Shown here piece by piece: positions 35,679-46,240 of a stretch of 64,000 bases of DNA (positions are counted from its first letter, which is position 1; every line of letters starts with the position of its first letter). Both the position numbers and the translations under genes were made by a program. The notes below the pieces were generated by a model. That model ran no database searches. It was not told the DNA's origin and saw only the letters and a program-made list of their open reading frames with translations. Source of the stretch: Escherichia coli O127:H6 str. E2348/69 (GTDB taxonomy: Bacteria > Pseudomonadota > Gammaproteobacteria > Enterobacterales > Enterobacteriaceae); NCBI RefSeq assembly GCF_000026545.1, contig NC_011601.1; one strand, written 5' to 3'.

Positions 35679-36449
35679 TTATTTTTTAAAGGTATCAGCC
35701 AGTTTCTGAGTGGCAGAGCGGAAGACGCCGAGATCGCTGCCGACGGCCACAAACGTCGCGCCCCATTCCAGATAACGACGCGCATCAGCCTCGACTGGTG
35801 CGAGGATGCCGCTGGGTTTGCCGTGCGCGCTGGCACGGTTAAAAATGTGCTGAATTGCTTTTTGTACATCCGGGTGCGAGGCATTGCCGAGATGGCCTAA
35901 TGCCGCAGCCAGATCGCTGGGGCCGACGAAGATGCCGTCTACACCTTCGGTAGCGGCAATAGCATCGACGTTATCTACGCCCTGCTGACTTTCTATCTGG
36001 ACCAGAATAGTGATGTTCTTGTTCGACTGAGCGAAATAATCCGCCACGGTGCCAAACATATTGGCGCGGTGAGAAACGGAGACGCCGCGAATGCCTTCCG
36101 GTGGGTAACGAGTTGATGCCACCGCCTGCTCTGCTTCCTCTTTTGTTTCTACAAAAGGAATCAGGAAGTTATAGAAACCGATATCCAGAAGACGCTTAAT
36201 AATTACCGGCTCGTTGGTCGGCACTCGCACTACTGGCGCGCTGGCGCTGCCTTTCAGGGCCATTAACTGCGGAATAAACGTGGAGATATCGTTTGGCGCA
36301 TGTTCACCATCCAGCACCAGCCAGTCAAACCCAGCCAAACCAAGAACTTCAGTGCTAATCGGGTTAGAGAGAGCTGACCAGCAACCAATTTGTACCTGTT
36401 TCGCAGCCAGTGCGGCTTTGAATTTATTCGGGAAAACATCGTTATTCAT
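35679..36449 (-). CDS. garL: 5-keto-4-deoxy-D-glucarate aldolase
   Basis: 256-aa ORF. Confidence 0.95.
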
Positions 36450-36464
36450 CGCTTATACCTTTGC

Positions 36465-37799
36465 TTATTTCTGCAATTCCATACGTTTAATGTCGCCGAC
36501 TACGAAGAGGTAGCAGACCATCGCCATCAGCGCTGAACATCCCACAAAAACCAGTGCTGCATTGAAGGAGTGCAGTTCACTTACCAGGTAGCCAATCACC
36601 AGTGGAGTGACAATGGAGGCAACATTGCCAAAGACGTTAAAGACGCCGCCGCAGAGGCCAACAATCTCTTTCGGCGCGGTGTCAGAAATCACTGGCCAGC
36701 CCAGCGCACCAAATCCTTTGCCAAAGAAAGCCAGCGCCATCAGCATGACCACCAGCGTGGTGTTGTTGGTGTAGTTACATAAGATGATGGTGGAAGCCAG
36801 CAACATTCCCAGCACAATCGGTAGCTTACGTGCCAGGGTCAGGGACAAACCGCGTTTGATCAGATAATCCGAGAAGACACCTCCCAGCACGCCGCCCGCA
36901 AAGCCACACAGTGCCGGAATCGAGGCGACCAGACCCACTTTCAGAATCGACATGCCTTTTTCCTGCACCAGATAAATTGGGAACCAGGTGAGGAAGAACC
37001 AGGTGATGGTGTTGATAAAATATTGTCCGAAAAATACGCCCAGCATCATGCGGTTAGAGAGCAATTGCTTGATGTAATGCAGTTTGGGACCGCTTGCTGC
37101 CGCACTGCCCGGCTTTTTGTGGTCCATATCGACCACCGCGCCATTTTCTGAGATAAACTTCAGCTCTTCCGCAGACATACGTGGGTGATCTGTCGGGTTA
37201 TGAATCAACTTGATCCACAGCGCCGTCAGCACAAAACCAATCACCCCCATAACGGTGAAGACGTGCTCCCAGCCCCAGGCGAAAGTCAGCCAGCCAAGCA
37301 GCGGCGAAAAGAGCGCCAGCGAGAAATATTGCGCCGAGTTAAAGATGGCGGAGGCAGTACCACGTTCTTTCGTCGGGAACCAGGCGGCGACAATACGGGC
37401 GTTCGCCGGGAATGATGGCGCTTCCGAGAATCCCAGCATAAAGCGCATAAAGAACATGGAGATCCCTGCCCAGGCCAGCGGGAACATATCAACAAAGCCT
37501 TGCAGGAAGGTGAACAGCGACCAGAAAAAGAGGCTGTAGGTGTAAACTTTTTTCGAGCCAAACTTATCAAGCAGCCAGCCGCCGGGAATTTGCATCAGCA
37601 GGTAGGCCCAGCCAAAAGCGGAGAAGATGTAACCCATCGAAACCGCACTTAACTGCAACTCTTTTGCCACTTCGGTACCAGCAATAGACAGCGTTGCACG
37701 ATCGGCGTAGTTAACGGCGGTAACAATAAAAATAATCAGTAATATTAAATAGCGGGTATGCACGCCTTTCTTTTTTTCGTCAACGGTGTCCAACATCAT
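36465..37799 (-). CDS. garP: Galactarate/glucarate MFS transporter
   Basis: 444-aa polytopic ORF. Confidence 0.95.
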   Translation of the reverse strand: MMLDTVDEKKKGVHTRYLILLIIFIVTAVNYADRATLSIAGTEVAKELQLSAVSMGYIFSAFGWAYLLMQIPGGWLLDKFGSKKVYTYSLFFWSLFTFLQGFVDMFPLAWAGISMFFMRFMLGFSEAPSFPANARIVAAWFPTKERGTASAIFNSAQYFSLALFSPLLGWLTFAWGWEHVFTVMGVIGFVLTALWIKLIHNPTDHPRMSAEELKFISENGAVVDMDHKKPGSAAASGPKLHYIKQLLSNRMMLGVFFGQYFINTITWFFLTWFPIYLVQEKGMSILKVGLVASIPALCGFAGGVLGGVFSDYLIKRGLSLTLARKLPIVLGMLLASTIILCNYTNNTTLVVMLMALAFFGKGFGALGWPVISDTAPKEIVGLCGGVFNVFGNVASIVTPLVIGYLVSELHSFNAALVFVGCSALMAMVCYLFVVGDIKRMELQK

Positions 37800-38173
37800 T
37801 TTATTTACCTCGGGTACTTATGCTGATTTTTATTATTATGGGGAAGGTGTTATTTATGAGTTTCATTTATGCCGTTACGACAATGAACTCGGGAATTAGT
37901 ATAAGCAGCGCGATAATAATAATCATTGTGCAAATGCTAATTTAATTAGTACTATTTAAATATTATTTTGAGCATATGCACATAAGGTTGCGCGCTAAAG
38001 CACAGATTTGCGCTTTACCTTGCCGGGCGGCACTGTAATCCCTGAAATGATTGACATTGATCACATTTCTTCATTTAAACTCCTGACATTCTTATTTCAC
38101 CCAATGAAGTTATTTATTTTTAAATGAGACCAGGTCCTCATTTTAATAGTCCCTGGCTGGAGAATATTGCACA

Positions 38174-39745
38174 ATGGCCAACATCGAAATCAGACAAGAA
38201 ACGCCAACTGCGTTTTATATAAAAGTTCACGACACAGATAATGTGGCAATTATTGTTAATGATAATGGCCTGAAAGCAGGAACGCGTTTTCCGGATGGGC
38301 TGGAATTAATTGAACATATTCCCCAGGGGCATAAAGTCGCATTGCTGGACATTCCGGCTAATGGTGAAATTATTCGTTATGGCGAGGTGATTGGTTACGC
38401 CGTGCGCGCAATCTCACGCGGAAGCTGGATCGACGAATCAATGGTTGTACTACCGGAAGCGCCGCCGTTACATACGCTGCCACTGGCAACCAAAGTCCCG
38501 GAACCCTTACCGCCGCTGGAAGGATACACCTTTGAGGGCTATCGCAATGCCGATGGCAGCGTGGGCACCAAAAACCTGCTCGGCATCACCACCAGCGTCC
38601 ACTGTGTGGCAGGCGTGGTGGACTACGTAGTAAAAATCATTGAACGCGATCTGCTACCGAAATACCCGAACGTCGATGGCGTGGTGGGGCTGAATCATTT
38701 GTACGGTTGTGGCGTGGCGATTAACGCACCCGCGGCAGTTGTACCTATTCGTACCATTCACAATATTTCGCTGAACCCTAACTTTGGCGGCGAAGTAATG
38801 GTGATTGGTCTGGGTTGTGAAAAGTTGCAGCCTGAACGCCTACTGACTGGAACGGATGATGTGCAAGCTATTCCAGTAGAAAGCGCCAGCATTGTCAGTT
38901 TGCAGGATGAAAAGCATGTCGGTTTTCAGTCCATGGTCGAGGATATTTTGCAGGTCGCCGAACGCCATTTGCACAAGCTGAATCAACGGCAGCGAGAAAC
39001 CTGTCCGGCTTCAGAACTGGTTGTCGGCATGCAGTGCGGTGGCAGCGATGCGTTTTCTGGCGTAACGGCAAACCCGGCGGTTGGGTATGCGTCTGATCTA
39101 TTGGTGCGCTGCGGCGCAACGGTGATGTTCTCAGAAGTCACAGAAGTGCGTGACGCGATCCATCTGCTGACACCACGCGCAGTGAACGAAGAGGTCGGCA
39201 AACGGCTGCTGGAGGAGATGGAGTGGTACGATAACTATCTCAATATGGGAAAAACCGACCGCAGCGCCAACCCTTCGCCGGGGAACAAGAAAGGCGGTCT
39301 GGCAAATGTGGTGGAGAAGGCACTCGGCTCCATTGCTAAATCGGGTAAAAGTGCAATTGTTGAAGTGCTGTCGCCCGGCCAACGCCCGACTAAACGCGGA
39401 TTAATTTACGCCGCGACGCCAGCCAGCGATTTTGTCTGTGGCACGCAACAGGTGGCTTCGGGTATCACCGTGCAAGTGTTTACGACCGGTCGTGGTACGC
39501 CGTACGGCCTGATGGCGGTACCCGTCATTAAAATGGCGACCCGCACCGAGCTGGCGAACCGCTGGTTTGATTTAATGGATATTAACGCGGGCACTATCGC
39601 TACCGGCGAAGAAACCATTGAAGAAGTGGGCTGGAAGTTGTTCCACTTTATTCTCGACGTCGCCAGCGGGAAGAAGAAAACCTTCTCGGATCAATGGGGA
39701 CTGCATAACCAGCTGGCGGTGTTTAACCCGGCACCGGTGACCTGA
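38174..39745 (+). CDS. garD: Galactarate dehydratase
   Basis: 523-aa ORF, divergent from garPLRK. Confidence 0.95.
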   Translation: MANIEIRQETPTAFYIKVHDTDNVAIIVNDNGLKAGTRFPDGLELIEHIPQGHKVALLDIPANGEIIRYGEVIGYAVRAISRGSWIDESMVVLPEAPPLHTLPLATKVPEPLPPLEGYTFEGYRNADGSVGTKNLLGITTSVHCVAGVVDYVVKIIERDLLPKYPNVDGVVGLNHLYGCGVAINAPAAVVPIRTIHNISLNPNFGGEVMVIGLGCEKLQPERLLTGTDDVQAIPVESASIVSLQDEKHVGFQSMVEDILQVAERHLHKLNQRQRETCPASELVVGMQCGGSDAFSGVTANPAVGYASDLLVRCGATVMFSEVTEVRDAIHLLTPRAVNEEVGKRLLEEMEWYDNYLNMGKTDRSANPSPGNKKGGLANVVEKALGSIAKSGKSAIVEVLSPGQRPTKRGLIYAATPASDFVCGTQQVASGITVQVFTTGRGTPYGLMAVPVIKMATRTELANRWFDLMDINAGTIATGEETIEEVGWKLFHFILDVASGKKKTFSDQWGLHNQLAVFNPAPVT

Positions 39746-39761
39746 TAATTCAATTCGTATT

Positions 39762-39790
39762 ATGCCCGATAGCACACGTTTATCGGGCAT
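39762..39790. terminator. Hairpin between convergent garD and agaR (possible bidirectional terminator)
   Basis: atgcccgat-agcacacgtt-tatcgggcat. Confidence 0.5.
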
Positions 39791-39796
39791 ATTGAG

Positions 39797-40621
39797 TCAC
39801 AGCGAAGACGCGTGATCCCCGACCAGAATCACTTCAACTCCAGCCTTTCGCAGTCCTTCCAGACTATCCGCAGGAATGCCTTCATCAACAATGATCATGT
39901 CGATACGTTGAGTATCAATGATCTTATGTAAACTGGAACGATTGAACTTACTGGAATCGGTGACCACGATGATCCGTTCCGCAACTTCGCACATCCGACG
40001 GTTTAAACGGGCTTCATCTTCATTATGCGTGCTGACGCCGCGCTCCAGATCGATCGCATCTACACCAAGAAACAGCATATCGAAGTGGTAATTTTGCAGC
40101 GATTGCTCAGCCTGATCACCGTAAAAAGATTGCGACTGACGGCGCAAATGCCCCCCGGTCATCAGCAGCTCAACGCCTTCCGCTTCCAGCAACGCATTAG
40201 CCACGTTCATACCGTTGGTCATCGCAATTACGTCAGTGTGCTTGCGCATCAGACAAGCAATCTCAAAAGTGGTGGTCCCGGAGTCGAGGATCACCCGATG
40301 ACCAGGCTGAATCAACTCAACGGCAGCTTTCGCAACGCTGCGTTTCATCGCGGTGTTCAGCGCGCTTTTATCTTCCACTGATGGCTCGACTGACGGCGTT
40401 GTGCTATCGCAGATCAACGCGCCACCATAGGCACGCACAGCGATCCCCTGCTTTTCCAGAAACGCCAGATCGTTGCGGATCGTCACAGTAGATACACCAT
40501 ACAACGCCGATAGATCATTAACTTGCACACTTCCTTGCTGGCGCAGGCGTTGAATGATCTGCTCTCGTCGCTCACTGGTGCCTGTCACTCGCTTCTCGCC
40601 TGAAGCGTCGGTATTACTCAT
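39797..40621 (-). CDS. agaR: DeoR-family repressor of the aga/kba regulon
   Basis: 274-aa ORF with N-terminal HTH; divergent from kbaZ. Confidence 0.9.
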   Translation of the reverse strand: MSNTDASGEKRVTGTSERREQIIQRLRQQGSVQVNDLSALYGVSTVTIRNDLAFLEKQGIAVRAYGGALICDSTTPSVEPSVEDKSALNTAMKRSVAKAAVELIQPGHRVILDSGTTTFEIACLMRKHTDVIAMTNGMNVANALLEAEGVELLMTGGHLRRQSQSFYGDQAEQSLQNYHFDMLFLGVDAIDLERGVSTHNEDEARLNRRMCEVAERIIVVTDSSKFNRSSLHKIIDTQRIDMIIVDEGIPADSLEGLRKAGVEVILVGDHASSL

Positions 40622-40869
40622 AGTAAGTCCTTTCGTAAAACTTTCGTTTCATTTCGTTTTGCCTATTAACGCCTTTCTATTAAGCAAATGCAAGCCCACC
40701 TTACCCATTGGCGCAAGCTACTCTCGTTTCAGTGGCTTTCATTATGTTTCTTTTGTGAATCAGATCAGAAAACTATTATCTTTCGTTTTATTTTTATCTC
40801 ACCATGACGCAGTATCAACTGAAACAAAACGAAAGATTAATATCGCAGTAATCTGAACTGGAGAGGAAA
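40622..40869. promoter_or_regulatory. agaR/kbaZ divergent promoter region with repeated CTTTCGTTT-type motifs (AgaR operator-like)
   Basis: cctttcgtaaaactttcgtttcatttcgtttt, tctcgtttcag, tctttcgtttta, aaacgaaag. Confidence 0.5.
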
Positions 40870-42150
40870 GTGAAACATCTGACAGAAATGGTGAGACAGC
40901 ACAAAGCGGGCAAAACAAATGGGATTTATGCCGTTTGTTCCGCACATCCGCTGGTGCTGGAAGCTGCAATCCGCTACGCCAGTGCAAACCAAACGCCGTT
41001 ACTGATTGAAGCAACCTCCAATCAGGTGGACCAGTTCGGCGGTTATACCGGAATGACGCCCGCCGATTTTCGCGGCTTTGTTTGTCAGCTCGCCGACTCG
41101 TTGAATTTCCCGCAGGATGCGCTGATTCTGGGTGGTGACCATCTGGGGCCAAACCGCTGGCAAAACCTGCCTGCCGCTCAGGCAATGGCCAATGCCGATG
41201 ATTTGATTAAAAGCTACGTGGCGGCAGGATTCAAAAAAATTCACCTTGATTGCAGCATGTCCTGTCAGGACGATCCGATTCCCTTAACTGATGACATCGT
41301 GGCTGAACGCGCCGCCCGTCTGGCGAAAGTGGCGGAAGAAACCTGTCTTGAACACTTTGGCGAAGCCGATCTGGAGTATGTCATTGGTACCGAAGTGCCG
41401 GTGCCTGGCGGCGCGCATGAAACCTTAAGCGAGCTGGCGGTCACCACGCCGGATGCCGCCCGCGCCACGCTGGAAGCCCATCGTCACGCTTTTGAAAAGC
41501 AGGGTCTGAATGCCATCTGGCCACGCATTATTGCCCTGGTGGTTCAACCCGGCGTCGAATTCGATCACACCAACGTTATTGATTATCAGCCCGCCAAAGC
41601 GACCGCCTTAAGCCAGATGGTCGAAAACTACGAAACGCTGATTTTCGAAGCGCACTCTACCGATTATCAAACACCGCAATCGCTGCGCCAGCTGGTGATT
41701 GACCACTTTGCCATTCTGAAAGTTGGCCCGGCGCTGACCTTTGCTCTGCGTGAAGCTCTGTTCTCTCTGGCGGCGATTGAAGAAGAACTGGTGCCAGCAA
41801 AAGCCTGTTCTGGTCTGCGTCAGGTGCTGGAAAACGTGATGCTCGACCGCCCGGAATACTGGCAAAGCCACTACCACGGTGACGGCAACGCGCGTCGTCT
41901 GGCGCGTGGTTATAGCTACTCGGATCGCGTGCGCTATTACTGGCCGGACAGCCAGATTGATGACGCTTTCGCTCATCTGGTTCGTAATCTGGCGGATTCA
42001 CCAATTCCGCTGCCGCTGATCAGTCAGTATCTGCCGCTGCAGTACGTGAAAGTTCGCTCCGGCGAGCTGCAGCCAACGCCACGGGAACTCATTATCAACC
42101 ATATTCAGGACATCCTGGCGCAGTACCACACAGCCTGTGAAGGCCAATAA
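40870..42150 (+). CDS. kbaZ: Tagatose-bisphosphate aldolase non-catalytic subunit
   Basis: 426-aa ORF with GTG start. Confidence 0.9.
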   Translation: MKHLTEMVRQHKAGKTNGIYAVCSAHPLVLEAAIRYASANQTPLLIEATSNQVDQFGGYTGMTPADFRGFVCQLADSLNFPQDALILGGDHLGPNRWQNLPAAQAMANADDLIKSYVAAGFKKIHLDCSMSCQDDPIPLTDDIVAERAARLAKVAEETCLEHFGEADLEYVIGTEVPVPGGAHETLSELAVTTPDAARATLEAHRHAFEKQGLNAIWPRIIALVVQPGVEFDHTNVIDYQPAKATALSQMVENYETLIFEAHSTDYQTPQSLRQLVIDHFAILKVGPALTFALREALFSLAAIEEELVPAKACSGLRQVLENVMLDRPEYWQSHYHGDGNARRLARGYSYSDRVRYYWPDSQIDDAFAHLVRNLADSPIPLPLISQYLPLQYVKVRSGELQPTPRELIINHIQDILAQYHTACEGQ

Positions 42151-42172
42151 GCAAAACAAAGAGGAACACGCT

Positions 42173-42646
42173 ATGCCAAATATTGTTTTAAGTCGGATTG
42201 ATGAACGCTTGATTCACGGTCAGGTCGGCGTTCAGTGGGTCGGATTTGCGGGGGCAAATCTGGTGCTGGTAGCCAACGATGAGGTTGCCGAAGATCCGGT
42301 ACAACAAAACCTGATGGAAATGGTACTGGCAGAAGGGATCGCCGTACGTTTCTGGACGCTGCAAAAAGTCATCGACAACATTCATCGCGCCGCCGATCGA
42401 CAGAAAATCCTGCTGGTTTGTAAAACACCGGCCGATTTCCTGACGCTGGTGAAAGGTGGCGTTCCGGTGAATCGCATTAACGTTGGCAATATGCACTACG
42501 CCAATGGCAAGCAACAAATCGCCAAAACGGTTTCTGTGGATGCGGGTGATATCGCAGCATTTAACGACCTGAAAGCCGCTGGGGTGGAATGCTTCGTTCA
42601 GGGCGTCCCGACAGAGCCTGCTGTGGACCTCTTTAAATTACTTTGA
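42173..42646 (+). CDS. agaV: PTS N-acetylgalactosamine-specific EIIB
   Basis: ORF 42137..42646; start MPNIVLSRIDERLIHGQ gives 157 aa. Confidence 0.9.
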   Translation: MPNIVLSRIDERLIHGQVGVQWVGFAGANLVLVANDEVAEDPVQQNLMEMVLAEGIAVRFWTLQKVIDNIHRAADRQKILLVCKTPADFLTLVKGGVPVNRINVGNMHYANGKQQIAKTVSVDAGDIAAFNDLKAAGVECFVQGVPTEPAVDLFKLL

Positions 42647-42656
42647 GGGATTCATC

Positions 42657-43442
42657 ATGGAAATCAGTCTGTTGCAGGCATTTGCGTTGGGCATTATCGC
42701 CTTTATCGCTGGCCTGGATATGTTTAACGGCTTAACCCATATGCACCGCCCGGTGGTCCTCGGCCCGTTGGTCGGACTGGTACTTGGCGATCTGCATACC
42801 GGTATTTTAACCGGCGGTACGCTGGAACTGGTGTGGATGGGGCTGGCCCCGCTGGCAGGCGCACAACCGCCTAACGTGATTATCGGTACTATCGTCGGCA
42901 CGGCGTTTGCCATTACTACTGGCGTGAAACCCGATGTCGCGGTCGGTGTCGCCGTACCTTTCGCTGTCGCAGTACAGATGGGGATTACCTTCCTGTTCTC
43001 GGTGATGTCCGGCGTGATGTCCCGATGCGACCGGATGGCGGAGAACGCCGATACTCGCGGCATTGAACGCGTGAACTATCTGGCACTGCTGGCACTCGGC
43101 ACTTTCTATTTTCTCTGCGCTTTCCTGCCTATCTACTTCGGCGCGGAACATGCAAAAACCATCATTGATGTCCTGCCGCAACGATTAATCGACGGCCTCG
43201 GCGTCGCGGGCGGCATCATGCCAGCAATCGGTTTTGCCGTGCTGCTGAAAATCATGATGAAAAACGTCTACATCCCCTACTTCATCCTGGGCTTTGTTGC
43301 CGCAGCCTGGCTCAAGTTACCGGTGCTGGCTATTGCTGCCGCTGCGCTGGCGATGGCGATGGCGCTCATCGACCTGCTGCGTAAATCTCCTGAACCGACT
43401 CAACCTGCGGCACAGAAAGAGGAATTTGAAGATGGCATCTAA
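42657..43442 (+). CDS. agaW: PTS N-acetylgalactosamine-specific EIIC (full length)
   Basis: 261-aa polytopic ORF. Confidence 0.85.
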   Translation: MEISLLQAFALGIIAFIAGLDMFNGLTHMHRPVVLGPLVGLVLGDLHTGILTGGTLELVWMGLAPLAGAQPPNVIIGTIVGTAFAITTGVKPDVAVGVAVPFAVAVQMGITFLFSVMSGVMSRCDRMAENADTRGIERVNYLALLALGTFYFLCAFLPIYFGAEHAKTIIDVLPQRLIDGLGVAGGIMPAIGFAVLLKIMMKNVYIPYFILGFVAAAWLKLPVLAIAAAALAMAMALIDLLRKSPEPTQPAAQKEEFEDGI

Positions 43443-44310
43443 TCAAACCACCCTGCCGAACGTCAGCGAAAATGAAGAAACACTGCTGACTGGCGTCAAT
43501 GAAAACGTGTATGAAGATCAGAGCATTGGCGCGGAGCTGACGAAAAAAGATATCAACCGCGTCGCCTGGCGTTCCATGTTGTTACAGGCTTCTTTCAACT
43601 ACGAACGTATGCAGGCTTCCGGCTGGCTGTACGGCCTGCTGCCAGCACTGAAAAAGATCCACACTAATAAACGCGACCTGGCGCGCGCTATGAAGGGGCA
43701 TATGGGTTTCTTCAATACCCATCCGTTTCTGGTGACGTTTGTTATCGGCATTATCCTTGCGATGGAGCGTTCTAAGCAGGACGTTAACAGTATTCAGAGC
43801 ACCAAAATTGCCGTCGGTGCGCCGCTCGGCGGGATTGGCGATGCGATGTTCTGGCTAACGCTACTGCCGATTTGTGGCGGGATTGGTGCAAGCCTCGCGC
43901 TACAAGGCTCTATTCTTGGCGCTGTCGTCTTTATTGTGCTGTTCAACGTGGTACACCTGGGGCTGCGTTTTGGTCTGGCGCATTATGCTTACCGCATGGG
44001 CGTGGCGGCGATTCCACTCATTAAAGCGAATACCAAAAAAGTCGGCCATGCTGCGTCTATCGTTGGGATGACGGTAATCGGCGCGCTGGTGGCAACCTAT
44101 GTTCGTTTAAGCACCACGCTGGAAATCACAGCGGGCGACGCAGTGGTTAAGTTACAGGCTGATGTTATCGACAAACTGATGCCTGCCTTCTTACCGCTGG
44201 TCTACACCCTGACCATGTTCTGGCTGGTACGCCGCGGCTGGAGTCCGCTGCGCCTGATTGCAGTGACCGTGGTTCTCGGCATCGTCGGTAAATTCTGCCA
44301 TTTCCTTTAA
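43432..44310 (+). CDS. agaE: PTS N-acetylgalactosamine-specific EIID
   Basis: ORF 43294..44310; start MASNQTTLPN gives 292 aa, overlapping the agaW stop. Confidence 0.85.
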   Translation: MASNQTTLPNVSENEETLLTGVNENVYEDQSIGAELTKKDINRVAWRSMLLQASFNYERMQASGWLYGLLPALKKIHTNKRDLARAMKGHMGFFNTHPFLVTFVIGIILAMERSKQDVNSIQSTKIAVGAPLGGIGDAMFWLTLLPICGGIGASLALQGSILGAVVFIVLFNVVHLGLRFGLAHYAYRMGVAAIPLIKANTKKVGHAASIVGMTVIGALVATYVRLSTTLEITAGDAVVKLQADVIDKLMPAFLPLVYTLTMFWLVRRGWSPLRLIAVTVVLGIVGKFCHFL

Positions 44311-44327
44311 ATACAATGAGGTATTAG

Positions 44328-44762
44328 ATGTTAAGTATTATTTTGACAGGGCATGGCGGATTTGCCAGCGGCATGGAAAAAGCAATGAAGCAAATTCTCG
44401 GTGAGCAATCGCAGTTTATCGCCATCGATTTTCCGGAAACCTCAAGCACCGCGCTGCTTACATCGCAGCTTGAAGAGGCCATCGTCCAACTGGATTGTGA
44501 AGACGGCATTGTTTTTCTGACGGATTTGCTGGGCGGCACGCCGTTTCGCGTAGCTTCAACGCTGGCGATGCAAAAACCGGGCTGTGAAGTGATCACAGGG
44601 ACCAATTTACAACTGCTACTGGAGATGGTGCTGGAACGCGAAGGGTTAAGCGGTGAAGAGTTTCGTGTGCAGGCGCTGGAGTGTGGACACCGTGGGCTAA
44701 CCAGTCTGGTGGACGAACTTGGTCGCTGCCATGAGGAATGTCCGGTCGAGGAAGGAATATGA
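44328..44762 (+). CDS. agaF: PTS EIIA (mannose family)
   Basis: 144-aa ORF. Confidence 0.85.
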   Translation: MLSIILTGHGGFASGMEKAMKQILGEQSQFIAIDFPETSSTALLTSQLEEAIVQLDCEDGIVFLTDLLGGTPFRVASTLAMQKPGCEVITGTNLQLLLEMVLEREGLSGEEFRVQALECGHRGLTSLVDELGRCHEECPVEEGI

Positions 44763-45892
44763 CACACGTTCTGCGCGCCAGAAGGCTGCTGACTGAAGAG
44801 GGATGGTTCGATAACCATCAGTTGCGTATTGCTGACGGTGTAATCGCAGCAATCGAACCGATTCCAGTGGGCGTGACTGAACGCGATGCGGAACTGCTCT
44901 GCCCCGCTTACATCGACACCCATGTACACGGTGGTGCGGGCGTTGATGTAATGGATGACGCGCCGGATGCGCTCGACAAGCTGGCAATGCACAAAGCACG
45001 CGAAGGTGTCGGCAGTTGGTTACCGACCACCGTAACCGCGCCGCTTAATACCATTCATGCGGCGCTGGAACGTATTGCTCAACGTTGCCAACGCGGCGGA
45101 CCTGGTGCTCAAATACTGGGGAGTTATCTCGAAGGACCGTACTTCACGCCGCAGAATAAAGGCGCGCATCCGCCGGAGCTGTTTCGCGAGCTGGAAATTG
45201 CCGAGCTGGATCAATTGATTGCCGTTTCTCAGCACACCTTGCGCGTGGTGGCGCTGGCACCGGAAAAAGAAGGGGCATTGCAGGCCATCCGCCATCTTAA
45301 ACAGCAAAACGTAAGGGTGATGCTGGGGCATAGCGCGGCGACCTGGCAACAAACCCGCGCCGCGTTTGATGCTGGTGCCGACGGCCTGGTGCATTGCTAT
45401 AACGGGATGACAGGTTTACATCACCGCGAACCGGGAATGGTTGGCGCGGGATTAACGGACAAGCGCGCCTGGCTGGAACTGATAGCCGATGGTCATCATG
45501 TGCATCCGGCGGCGATGTCGCTGTGTTGTTGCTGTGCGAAAGAGAGAATCGTGCTGATCACCGACGCGATGCAGGCAGCCGGGATGCCGGATGGTCGCTA
45601 TACGTTATGTGGCGAAGAAGTGCAGATGCACGGTGGCGTTGTCCGTACCGCGTCCGGTGGGCTGGCGGGCAGTACGCTGTCTGTCGATGCGGCAGTGCGC
45701 AACATGGTCGAGTTGACGGGCGTAACGCCTGCGGAAGCCATCCATATGGCGTCGCTGCATCCGGCGCGTATGCTGGGTGTTGATGATGTTCTGGGATCGC
45801 TTAAACCGGGCAAACGCGCCAGCGTCGTTGCGCTGGATAGCGGGCTGCATGTGCAACAAATCTGGATTCAGGGTCAATTAGCTTCGTTTTGA
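44759..45892 (+). CDS. agaA: N-acetylgalactosamine-6-phosphate deacetylase (full length)
   Basis: ORF 44738..45892; start MTHVLRARRLL gives 377 aa; ATGA overlap with agaF. Confidence 0.85.
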   Translation: MTHVLRARRLLTEEGWFDNHQLRIADGVIAAIEPIPVGVTERDAELLCPAYIDTHVHGGAGVDVMDDAPDALDKLAMHKAREGVGSWLPTTVTAPLNTIHAALERIAQRCQRGGPGAQILGSYLEGPYFTPQNKGAHPPELFRELEIAELDQLIAVSQHTLRVVALAPEKEGALQAIRHLKQQNVRVMLGHSAATWQQTRAAFDAGADGLVHCYNGMTGLHHREPGMVGAGLTDKRAWLELIADGHHVHPAAMSLCCCCAKERIVLITDAMQAAGMPDGRYTLCGEEVQMHGGVVRTASGGLAGSTLSVDAAVRNMVELTGVTPAEAIHMASLHPARMLGVDDVLGSLKPGKRASVVALDSGLHVQQIWIQGQLASF

Positions 45893-45969
45893 TGGTTTGC
45901 TCCTTTATTGGGCCTTCACTTCCCCCGTAAGACCTTTCTTTTTCTTTCGTTGTGCTCTGTGCAGGGTAT

Positions 45970-46022
45970 CGGATGCGACGCTGACGCGTCTTCTTTGACC
46001 TACGGTACGCCGCATCCGGCAA
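45970..46022. repeat. REP-like palindromic element
   Basis: cggatgcgacgctgacgcgtc...acgccgcatccggc. Confidence 0.6.
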
Positions 46023-46059
46023 TCGGTGCACATAGCGACGTCATCACGCAATCCTTTAA

Positions 46060-46240
46060 TCTTCCCTTGTCTTTTCTTTCAATGATCACAAATTTCGGTT
46101 TATTTCTTTTTTCTCCGTTGAACTTTCAGTTTCTTTTCTATAGATTTTAATCAACGAAAGAAATCACCAAGTGAAATGAAACGAAAGGCAAGCGAAAGCG
46201 ACAACGCCGACGTCAAGTTCATCAGACTAAGGATTGAGTT
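46060..46240 (+). promoter_or_regulatory. agaS promoter region with CTTTC/GAAAG operator-like repeats
   Basis: tcttttctttc, tttcagtttcttttc, aacgaaagaaatc, gaaatgaaacgaaagg. Confidence 0.45.
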
